Shown piece after piece: positions 37,725 to 44,753 of a stretch of DNA of 44,753 nt. The stretch covers positions 1 to 44,753 of IMG/VR virus record IMGVR_UViG_2917860307_000001. One strand, given 5' to 3'. Numbering within the stretch: position 1 is the stretch's first letter; every line of letters begins with the position of its first letter. The stretch comes from a virus. Lineage: Duplodnaviria > Heunggongvirae > Uroviricota > Caudoviricetes. The position numbers and the translations under genes were made by a program. The notes beneath the pieces are model-generated. The model did no database searches, was not told the DNA's origin, and saw only the letters and a list, made by a program, of their open reading frames with translations.

Positions 37725-40082
37725 ATGGCAGCAGTAAAAATCTCAGGTGTGCTGAAAGATGGTGCGGGTAAACCAATACAGAACTGCACTATTCAACTGA
37801 AGGCAAAGCGTAACAGCACCACGGTACTGGTGAACACGGTGGCCTCTGAAAATCCGGATGAAGCCGGGCGTTACAGCATGGATGTTGAGTATGGCCAGTA
37901 CAGCGTCATCCTGCTGGTTGAAGGTTTTCCGCCTTCACATGCCGGGACCATTACCGTCTATGAAGGCTCCAGACCAGGTACGCTGAATGATTTTCTCGGT
38001 GCCATGACGGAAGATGATGTCATGCCGGAGGCATTGCGTCGTTTTGAGGCAATGGTGGAAGAAGCGGCACGCAACGCCGAAGCCGCCTCTCAGAGCGCAG
38101 CGGCGGCAAAGAAATCCGAAACTGCAGCGGCATCATCGAAGAACGCGGCGAAAACCTCAGAAACGAATGCAGCTAACAGCGCACAGGCGGCAGCGTCCTC
38201 GCAGACTGCATCGGCAAACTCCGCGACAGCAGCCAAAAAATCAGAAACCAACGCGAAAAACAGTGAGACAGCCGCAAAGACGAGCGAAACCAACGCAAAG
38301 TCCAGCCAGACGGCAGCGAAAACAAGCGAAACGAATGCCAAAGCCAGTGAAACTGCGGCGAAAAGCAGTCAGGATGCAGCAGCCGAAAGCGAGAGTGCTG
38401 CAGCTGGTTCTGCGACTTCAGCAGCTGGATCAGCAACTGCTGCGGCTAACAGCCAGAAAGCCGCGAAGACGAGCGAAACTAACGCAAAGTCCAGCCAGAC
38501 GGCAGCGAAGACCAGCGAAACGAATGCCAAAGCCAGCGAAACTGCGGCGAAAAACAGTCAGGATGCAGCAGCCCAAAGCGAGAGTGCCGCAGCTGGTTCT
38601 GCAACAGCGGCAGCTAATAGCCAAAAAGCTGCAAAAACCAGTGAAACTAACGCAAAGACGAGTGAAACAAAAGCAGCAGCCAGCGAGACAGAAGCAACGT
38701 CAGCCGCAACAAGAGCAGAGAATGCAGCCCGGATTGCAGAAGATGCCGCTGATCCTGCTTCTGTCCCTCCGCTTCCTGATATCTGGCTACCCTTGAATGA
38801 TTCTCTGGAAGCGATAACAGGGTATGCCCCGGGCTATAAAACAATAACCATCGGCAGTGATGAAATAACAATGCCTGTTAATGGCATATGCCAATTTAGC
38901 CGGGCTTCATCTGCAACGTATATTGATAAGTCCGGGCATATTACCGTGGCAGGGAATAACGTTCCTCGTTTTGAAAAATATGGTTTGCTGATAGAGAATC
39001 AGCGAACAAACATGTTCGTAAATAGTTTTAATCCTGATGCCTGGAATAAAAGCGGTGGTATATCTGTAACATCATCAACAGATGAATTTGAGTTTAAATA
39101 TGGACGTTTCACGGTAGGAAGCGATATAGCAGGAACGACAACAGGGAGAAATATATGCACAGTTGCTGGTAACAAAGGCATAGATGTGACTGGCGATGAT
39201 CAGTACAGTAAAGGTCCGTATGTTACCGCGTCGTTCAGGGTAAGAAGTGATCTCAATGTTCGCGCACGTATCCGTTTTGAACGGTATAACTCGGAAGGAT
39301 ACACCTTCCTTTGCGACGCCTATTTGTCATTACAGACCCATGAACTACAAATTACTGGTGGCAATGCCCAGCTATTAACAGCAAACTTTGAAATCGATCC
39401 AGGTAGTGGATGGATATACTTTCAGGCAACACTGAAATGTCTGCCAGAATGGGGAATGGTTGGTACGCAGCTGCAAATTGCAGCCGACAGAGCTGTGGGG
39501 TCTTTTGCAACAGGTGACTGGATAGAAGTAACCACCCCGCAATTCGAGTATGGTGCTTGTGCAACTTCCTTCATCATAACGACAACTGAGCCAGCGACTC
39601 GTGCATCAGATTTATGTAAATTTCCGCTGATGAAAAATATGTATACCATGCCTTTTACGTTCATGGTGGAAGTCCATAAAAACTGGTTTATTTCTCATAA
39701 TGCGGCACCGCGTGTCATTGATTCAGAAAATCACCAGTCCGGAGGCCCATTTATTATGGGGTTTGGTTCTTCTGGAACTATTAGTCAGGACGGTTATTCG
39801 TATTGCGATATAGGCGGGGCTAACCGACGTGTATATGAGTCATGCGGAGTAAGAGATCTTGTTATGGGATTCAGGGTTAAGGCTGACGGCATGACATGCT
39901 CATTTGCAAATAAGCATATAAGCACAGAAACAAAAACAGTATGGAAATATATTCGTGAAGCTGCTGTGATTCGTATCGGGGGACAAACGACGACAGGATT
40001 ACGACACCTTAATGGTCATATAAAAAACCTCCGTTTCTGGAACAGAGCATTGTCAGATACGCAGCTTAAGGAATACGTATAA
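37725..40082 (+). CDS. Side tail fibre protein (lambda Stf-like N-terminus, repetitive shaft, LamG-like C-terminal domain)
   Basis: N-terminus AVKISGVLKDGAGKPIQNCTIQLKAKRNSTTVLVNTV parallels lambda Stf; Ala/Ser/Thr/Lys-rich repeats; C-terminal motif GHIKNLRFWNRALSDTQLKEY typical of LamG-type jelly-roll domains. Confidence 0.75.
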   Translation: MAAVKISGVLKDGAGKPIQNCTIQLKAKRNSTTVLVNTVASENPDEAGRYSMDVEYGQYSVILLVEGFPPSHAGTITVYEGSRPGTLNDFLGAMTEDDVMPEALRRFEAMVEEAARNAEAASQSAAAAKKSETAAASSKNAAKTSETNAANSAQAAASSQTASANSATAAKKSETNAKNSETAAKTSETNAKSSQTAAKTSETNAKASETAAKSSQDAAAESESAAAGSATSAAGSATAAANSQKAAKTSETNAKSSQTAAKTSETNAKASETAAKNSQDAAAQSESAAAGSATAAANSQKAAKTSETNAKTSETKAAASETEATSAATRAENAARIAEDAADPASVPPLPDIWLPLNDSLEAITGYAPGYKTITIGSDEITMPVNGICQFSRASSATYIDKSGHITVAGNNVPRFEKYGLLIENQRTNMFVNSFNPDAWNKSGGISVTSSTDEFEFKYGRFTVGSDIAGTTTGRNICTVAGNKGIDVTGDDQYSKGPYVTASFRVRSDLNVRARIRFERYNSEGYTFLCDAYLSLQTHELQITGGNAQLLTANFEIDPGSGWIYFQATLKCLPEWGMVGTQLQIAADRAVGSFATGDWIEVTTPQFEYGACATSFIITTTEPATRASDLCKFPLMKNMYTMPFTFMVEVHKNWFISHNAAPRVIDSENHQSGGPFIMGFGSSGTISQDGYSYCDIGGANRRVYESCGVRDLVMGFRVKADGMTCSFANKHISTETKTVWKYIREAAVIRIGGQTTTGLRHLNGHIKNLRFWNRALSDTQLKEYV
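38275..38640 (+). repeat. Two tandem imperfect copies of an approx 170-190 bp unit within the tail fibre gene
   Basis: Repeated DNA encoding KTSETNAKSSQTAAKTSETNAKASETAAK(S/N)SQDAAA(E/Q)SESAAAGSAT...; one copy carries an extra 21-nt insert. Confidence 0.6.
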
Positions 40083-40351
40083 TGCGGGATATAACATTAC
40101 GATTCGATAACAGAGAACAGTTTAACGCAATTGTATATGACAGTGGCCTGTTCAGTCTTGAAGAAGAAAACGGGGTTCTTGTTGATGTTATTGGCTGCGT
40201 TATCGATTACGAGGAGCCAGAAAACGAAAGATGTACAGGCATTGATCGCGGTGGTTTTTTCGTAAACATGAGGATCGTTGATAGCAGTAAAAACATATCT
40301 TCTTTAATGCCTTTCATTACGACAGATCAGCATGTAAGGACATGGGCTTAA
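40082..40351 (+). CDS. Hypothetical protein (possible fibre accessory/assembly factor)
   Basis: 89-aa ORF overlapping the tail fibre stop. Confidence 0.35.
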   Translation: MRDITLRFDNREQFNAIVYDSGLFSLEEENGVLVDVIGCVIDYEEPENERCTGIDRGGFFVNMRIVDSSKNISSLMPFITTDQHVRTWA

Positions 40352-40363
40352 TGGAGTAAGACA

Positions 40364-41404
40364 ATGGTTACAAAAACAGTAATTCCTGATGACATCAAAA
40401 CGCTAAAATCCGATGTTAGTAAACTAAAAGCTGATCAAGGAAGCTATGCAACAAAATCTTATGTAGACAATAAAACAACATGGAATGGTTATTGCAATGT
40501 AATCTATGATCAAAAAACATTGCCAACAACTGGAACTATATTCAGCGGTAAGCTGCATTTGTCAAATAAGACTGGTGAAACGGAAAACGCTTATAGTGAC
40601 ATATATACCAGAAAAAATATTGATGGTACTAAAGATACAATGACGAGGATCGTCACACATAACGGGACAAAAGGTATCTTTTGGGACTTTAGTGATCTTT
40701 ACGGAGGAACTTTAATTTTCCCTGGCACTGCTGGTTATTTGAAAATGGGTAAGTGCCTCATGTCCTATGGGGATCGTGTAGATAATGCCCTGATTAAATT
40801 TGATTATACAGACACATTACAGATCAAATATGCCAATCATGGTTCGACCATGACACTAAACACACAGGGAACCGCTCACGCTGGCGTTACTGCTAAATTG
40901 TGGGGCAATTCTAGCCGTCCGGTTGTTTATGAAGTTGGTGTAGATGGTGGGGCTTTTATATTCTTTGGTCAAAAACAAACAGATGACACATATGCATTTG
41001 CTGTTAATGGTGCATGTCAAGCGACCGCATTTAACCAGACCTCTGACCGAGACCTGAAAGATAATATTCAGGTGATTGATAATGCAACCGATCGCATCCG
41101 TAAGATGAATGGTTATACATACACGCTTAAAGAAAACGGGATGCCTTACGCTGGTGTTATCGCACAGGAAGCCTTAGAAGCAATTCCAGAGTCCGTAGGC
41201 TCTACGATAAAATATAGGGACGGTGGTAGCGGATCTGAAGGCGAAGAAGGTGAACGGTATTACACTGTAGATTATTCTGGTGTTACTGGCTTGCTTGTTC
41301 AGGTAGCCAGAGAGTCAGACGACAGAATAACAGCACTGGAAGAAGAAAACGCAGAATTAAGACAAATGTTATCTGCAATTGAGGCGGCGCTTGCGTCTAA
41401 ATAA
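40364..41404 (+). CDS. Tail fibre/receptor-binding protein with C-terminal intramolecular chaperone (peptidase S74-like) domain
   Basis: C-terminal SDRDLKDNIQVIDNATDRIRKMNGYTYTLKENGMPYAGVIAQEALEAIPESV followed by a coiled coil, typical of autoproteolytic fibre chaperone domains. Confidence 0.6.
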   Translation: MVTKTVIPDDIKTLKSDVSKLKADQGSYATKSYVDNKTTWNGYCNVIYDQKTLPTTGTIFSGKLHLSNKTGETENAYSDIYTRKNIDGTKDTMTRIVTHNGTKGIFWDFSDLYGGTLIFPGTAGYLKMGKCLMSYGDRVDNALIKFDYTDTLQIKYANHGSTMTLNTQGTAHAGVTAKLWGNSSRPVVYEVGVDGGAFIFFGQKQTDDTYAFAVNGACQATAFNQTSDRDLKDNIQVIDNATDRIRKMNGYTYTLKENGMPYAGVIAQEALEAIPESVGSTIKYRDGGSGSEGEEGERYYTVDYSGVTGLLVQVARESDDRITALEEENAELRQMLSAIEAALASK

Positions 41405-41409
41405 TATTA

Positions 41410-41433
41410 AGGGGCCGAGCGCCCCGTTTTATT
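41410..41433 (+). terminator. Hairpin/T-run after fibre gene
   Basis: GGGGC-CGAGC-GCCCC followed by GTTTTATT. Confidence 0.4.
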
Positions 41434-41733
41434 GGGTAGGATGAAAATGGATATAACACCCTTACTTCATGCACTTTGTGCTGTGGCTGCGCAGCTACTG
41501 ATTGGTCTTTTTACCGGGAACTGGGCTTACGGAGCGATAGCCGGTTGTACGTTCTTCATTGCGCGTGAACACACCCAGGCAGAATATCGCTGGATTGAAA
41601 TGTTCGGACATGGCAAGCGTATGAATATGCGTGGTGGGGCGGTTTTGATCCGCGCGTGTGGGATGTAGCAAGCCTGATGGATTTTGCTGTGCCGGTGATG
41701 GCGTGTCTGCTGGTCTGGCTGTTTATCCGTTAA
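41432..41733 (+). pseudogene. Small membrane protein, frame interrupted near a G4 run (41636-41639)
   Basis: 78-aa ORF ends at 41668, while a protein-like hydrophobic C-terminus (FDPRVWDVASLMDFAVPVMACLLVWLFIR) continues in the adjacent frame to 41733. Confidence 0.4.
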
Positions 41734-41843
41734 ACATAAAAAGCCGCAGCAACTTGTCATGGCAGAATACTGCGGCTGGCTGGTGAACTTCCGATAGTGC
41801 GAGTATTGAATGATTTCCAGCCGTTATCGATTTTACGTATTAA

Positions 41844-42092
41844 TTAATGAACAAACCACTCGTCAGCAGACTCCCAGGTATCTTTCAGAGTTTCCTGAAC
41901 AAAAGTTTTAGCTGAATCTTTATCGGCGGTGCGCGTAACAGAAAGGCCATCGTTGCTGGTGGCTTTTACGATCACCTCTACATCGTCATAACGCTTACTG
42001 ATGCGTCGAGTTAATTCTTCCTTCAACGCATCCACAGCACCGTTTGGCATTTTAGTCATTTTCTCTTTGGCTATGCAGATCTCAATACGCAT
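41844..42092 (-). CDS. dinI: DinI-like DNA damage-inducible protein
   Basis: 82 aa; MRIE..IAK...P.GA.DAL..EL.RRI......V....A..N.LSV......D......ETWESAD.WFV pattern matching DinI. Confidence 0.75.
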   Translation of the reverse strand: MRIEICIAKEKMTKMPNGAVDALKEELTRRISKRYDDVEVIVKATSNDGLSVTRTADKDSAKTFVQETLKDTWESADEWFVH

Positions 42093-42105
42093 AAAAATCC
42101 CTCTA

Positions 42106-42125
42106 TACTGTGTTTGTATACAGTA
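42106..42125. promoter_or_regulatory. LexA (SOS) box upstream of the dinI-like gene
   Basis: TACTGT-GTTTGTAT-ACAGTA, a CTGT-N8-ACAG palindrome 14 nt upstream of the dinI-like start. Confidence 0.6.
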
Positions 42126-42153
42126 TTATTTTTAACTGTATGAATAAACAGTG

Positions 42154-43251
42154 TCAAGAGGTCTTATTTCTGCTCCTTTGGAGTTCTTCAAAACGATTAT
42201 GTAAAGATTTTGGATACAGTTCGGTATATACCTGCCATAGCACGTTTAATGAACGATGCCCTGTAACCTGGGCGACTTCCTCAATACTAAAACCAGCCTC
42301 AAATAAGCGACTTGCCCCTTCTCTACGCAAATCATGGTATCGCAGATCTTTAATACCTAATTTGCTTCTTACCCTCTGAAATCCTGCGGTAACAGAAGTG
42401 CTGTTGTATGGAAAAATGAATTCAGATTTTTTGGGTTGTCGTTGGACGATATCCCAGGCTTCCCCAAGCAAGGCCACTTTCATATGGTTACCTTCCTTTT
42501 TACGTGGATCTTTCCTGTCTCTTACTAGTATAGATTTTTGTTCCTGGTCGAGATCTTCCCATCGTAACCGGCATACTTCTCCGATTCGCATACAGGACCA
42601 CACAGAAAATTTGAGGATATCAACGAACGGAATTTTTGAGCATTTATGAGTAGATCGTTGTTGAAGGCCTTCAATGAGCATGTCTAGTTCATCAGATGCT
42701 GGTCTACGATTACGACGATTTGATTTACCAATTAAACCAAGTTTAAGTAGATATGGACGAGCGGCTTTTGCTGGGTTTGATGTGTAATTAATTCCGTATA
42801 CAGGTTTGGCTGCATCCAGAACACTGCCAAGATAACTAACATCGTGGCTAACAGTAGCTGGACCTGCACCGGCGTTGTTTCTCAACCTGCAATGTTCTAT
42901 TACGTCATTTTCTGTTAATTCAGATAGTCTGATCGCAGAAATGTCACTATCCATAAGTAGTTCCAGCACATATCTTTTAGTGCGGCCTGCTTTACCTCCT
43001 GCATTTGGATCATTTAAATATTTGTGTAGCAAATCACGGACAGTAAGGCCGTCAATCTCGCTTGATGATGGGATTCCATACAAATCTAGTTCCATCACTT
43101 TCTGTGTACCCCATGTTTTGGCATGAGCATGTTTGGGAAAGGTTTTACTTTCCCTGTAAGTGATGACACCTTTTTCTTTAATAATCACGGTGCAACGATA
43201 GCGTGGTGTGCCATCGGATTTTAGCCGTTTCTCTATGTTATAGTACGCCAT
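42154..43251 (-). CDS. int: Tyrosine integrase (dusA-associated type)
   Basis: 365 aa; C-terminal catalytic-region pattern (R...HDLRR...VTGHRSL...Y); adjacent to and divergent from dusA. Confidence 0.85.
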   Translation of the reverse strand: MAYYNIEKRLKSDGTPRYRCTVIIKEKGVITYRESKTFPKHAHAKTWGTQKVMELDLYGIPSSSEIDGLTVRDLLHKYLNDPNAGGKAGRTKRYVLELLMDSDISAIRLSELTENDVIEHCRLRNNAGAGPATVSHDVSYLGSVLDAAKPVYGINYTSNPAKAARPYLLKLGLIGKSNRRNRRPASDELDMLIEGLQQRSTHKCSKIPFVDILKFSVWSCMRIGEVCRLRWEDLDQEQKSILVRDRKDPRKKEGNHMKVALLGEAWDIVQRQPKKSEFIFPYNSTSVTAGFQRVRSKLGIKDLRYHDLRREGASRLFEAGFSIEEVAQVTGHRSLNVLWQVYTELYPKSLHNRFEELQRSRNKTS

Positions 43252-43339
43252 TACTCAATCTCGTCATTTCAGGTTCCCATGCGTTGTGGGAACCTGTGCG
43301 GGAACCTAACGCGAGAAAAATAGCCTGAAATGTTCAAAA

Positions 43340-44377
43340 ATGCACGATAATCATGAAACACAAAAAATTAATCAAACCAGCGTGATGCCTGAAAAAACTG
43401 GTGTTTACTGGAATTCTCGGTTTAGCATTGCTCCTATGCTCGACTGGACGGACAGACACTGCCGTTATTTCCTGCGTCTGCTCTCCCGTAATACGCTGCT
43501 CTATACCGAAATGGTGACCACAGGGGCGATTATTCACGGTAAAGGTGATTACCTGGCATACAGTGAAGAAGAGCATCCGGTGGCGTTGCAGTTGGGCGGT
43601 AGCGATCCGGCGGCGCTGGCGCAGTGTGCGAAGCTGGCAGAAGCGCGCGGATATGATGAGATCAACCTGAATGTTGGCTGCCCGTCAGACCGGGTACAGA
43701 ACGGCATGTTTGGCGCGTGCCTGATGGGGAATGCGCAACTGGTGGCTGACTGCGTAAAAGCGATGCGCGACGTAGTGTCGATTCCAGTGACGGTGAAAAC
43801 GCGTATTGGCATTGACGACCAGGACAGCTATGAATTTCTCTGTGATTTTATCGACACTGTTTCCGGCAAAGGCGAATGCGAGATGTTTATTATCCATGCG
43901 CGCAAAGCCTGGCTTTCTGGTTTAAGTCCGAAAGAAAACCGTGAGATCCCGCCGCTCGATTACCCGCGTGTCTATCAACTGAAGCGTGATTTCCCGCATC
44001 TGACTATGTCGATTAACGGCGGCATCAAGTCACTGGAAGAGGCTAAAGCACACCTGCAACATATGGATGGCGTGATGGTCGGGCGTGAAGCGTATCAAAA
44101 CCCAGGCATTCTGGCGGCGGTGGATCGAGAGATATTTGGTTCCTCGGATACCGATGCCGATCCGGTGGCGGTGGTACGAGCTATGTATCCGTACATTGAG
44201 CGTGAACTCAGCCAGGGGACGTATCTCGGTCATATCACCCGGCATATGCTGGGGCTGTTCCAGGGGATTCCTGGTGCGCGGCAGTGGCGGCGGTATTTAA
44301 GTGAAAATGCCCATAAAGCGGGCGCTGACATTAACGTGCTGGAACATGCGCTCAAACTGGTAGCGGATAAGCGTTAA
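43340..44377 (+). CDS. dusA: tRNA-dihydrouridine synthase A
   Basis: 345 aa; conserved [17 protein letters not shown]... DusA sequence; first approx 30 residues look prophage-derived. Confidence 0.9.
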   Translation: MHDNHETQKINQTSVMPEKTGVYWNSRFSIAPMLDWTDRHCRYFLRLLSRNTLLYTEMVTTGAIIHGKGDYLAYSEEEHPVALQLGGSDPAALAQCAKLAEARGYDEINLNVGCPSDRVQNGMFGACLMGNAQLVADCVKAMRDVVSIPVTVKTRIGIDDQDSYEFLCDFIDTVSGKGECEMFIIHARKAWLSGLSPKENREIPPLDYPRVYQLKRDFPHLTMSINGGIKSLEEAKAHLQHMDGVMVGREAYQNPGILAAVDREIFGSSDTDADPVAVVRAMYPYIERELSQGTYLGHITRHMLGLFQGIPGARQWRRYLSENAHKAGADINVLEHALKLVADKR

Positions 44378-44459
44378 TTTTTCACCACAAAGTAGTCAAA
44401 TTCACCACGCCCTGCGCTTCGACGCGGGGCGTTTTGTTGATAAATCAATATGTTATTTC

Positions 44460-44476
44460 TGGCATGATTCTTGTAA
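44460..44476 (+). promoter_or_regulatory. Sigma-54 promoter of pspG
   Basis: TGGCAT-N5-TTGT matching the -24/-12 consensus TGGCAC-N5-TTGC, about 35 nt upstream of the pspG start. Confidence 0.55.
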
Positions 44477-44510
44477 AGCCAGCAAGAGATTTCATTTTTG
44501 GGAGAACATC

Positions 44511-44753
44511 ATGCTGGAACTACTTTTTGTGATTGGCTTTTTTGTCATGTTGATGGTCACCGGCGTTTCATTGCTGGGCATTATCGCTGCGCTGGTTGTG
44601 GCGACGGCCATTATGTTCCTCGGTGGGATGCTGGCATTGATGATTAAGTTGCTGCCGTGGCTGCTGTTGGCGATTGCGGTAGTGTGGGTGATCAAGGCGA
44701 TTAAAGCGCCAAAAGTGCCTAAATATCAGCGTTATGACCGCTGGCGTTACTAA
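44511..44753 (+). CDS. pspG: Phage shock protein G
   Basis: 80-aa small hydrophobic protein ending KAPKVPKYQRYDRWRY; located downstream of dusA as in E. coli. Confidence 0.85.
   Translation: MLELLFVIGFFVMLMVTGVSLLGIIAALVVATAIMFLGGMLALMIKLLPWLLLAIAVVWVIKAIKAPKVPKYQRYDRWRY

Larger units (their letters stand above)
1..43300. mobile_element. Lambdoid prophage (partial; left end lies outside the window), integrated at the 5' end of dusA
   Basis: Contiguous phage modules (immunity, replication, Q, lysis, terminase, head, lambda-like tail, tail fibres, integrase) ending next to host dusA; right boundary approximate. Confidence 0.85.

Noticed and set aside
38100-38700. Repetitive DNA considered as a possible CRISPR array
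   Set aside because: The repeats are long (about 180 bp), directly adjacent without unique spacers, and in-frame within a coding gene; no cas genes present
38014-38796. 260-aa Arg/Gln/Lys-rich ORF in an alternative frame
   Set aside because: Falls inside the tandem-repeat shaft region of the tail fibre gene; the repeat structure keeps an alternative frame open; no independent start context

Overview
The window holds about 43.3 kb of a lambdoid prophage (1 to ~43,300) integrated at the 5' end of the host dusA gene, followed by host dusA and pspG. All calls rest on reading the six-frame translations and the DNA by eye, with family assignments from remembered protein patterns; no database search was run. 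Gene order left to right: a low-GC cargo pair (Panacea/DUF4065-like protein plus a C-terminally 2-TM protein), a leftward early operon resembling the E. coli CPS-53/KplE1 yfdP-yfdQ-yfdR-yfdS block with a 3'-5' exonuclease and a PrtN/excisionase-like gene, a cI/cro immunity switch, replication and nin-like genes (HTH replication initiator, Dam-like methyltransferase, LexA DNA-binding-domain-only protein, RusA, KilA-N, DUF968, antiterminator Q), a PR'-like promoter and terminator, a low-GC lipoprotein moron, a wHTH plus orphan DNA methyltransferase cassette, a pinholin / DUF1327 / SAR-endolysin / Rz-Rz1 lysis cassette, terminase, portal, a ClpP-like protease-capsid fusion, a lambda-like tail module (Z, U, V, G, G-T, H, M, L, K, I, J), lom, a mosaic side tail fibre locus, a DinI-like gene with a canonical SOS box, and a dusA-type tyrosine integrase. 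The most notable observations are the candidate Panacea toxin-antitoxin/abortive-infection pair at the left end, and at least four reading-frame breaks at short homopolymer runs (antiterminator Q, the holin, the tape measure gene and a small membrane protein), which indicate either homopolymer sequencing errors or a decaying prophage. No tRNA gene or CRISPR array was recognised.
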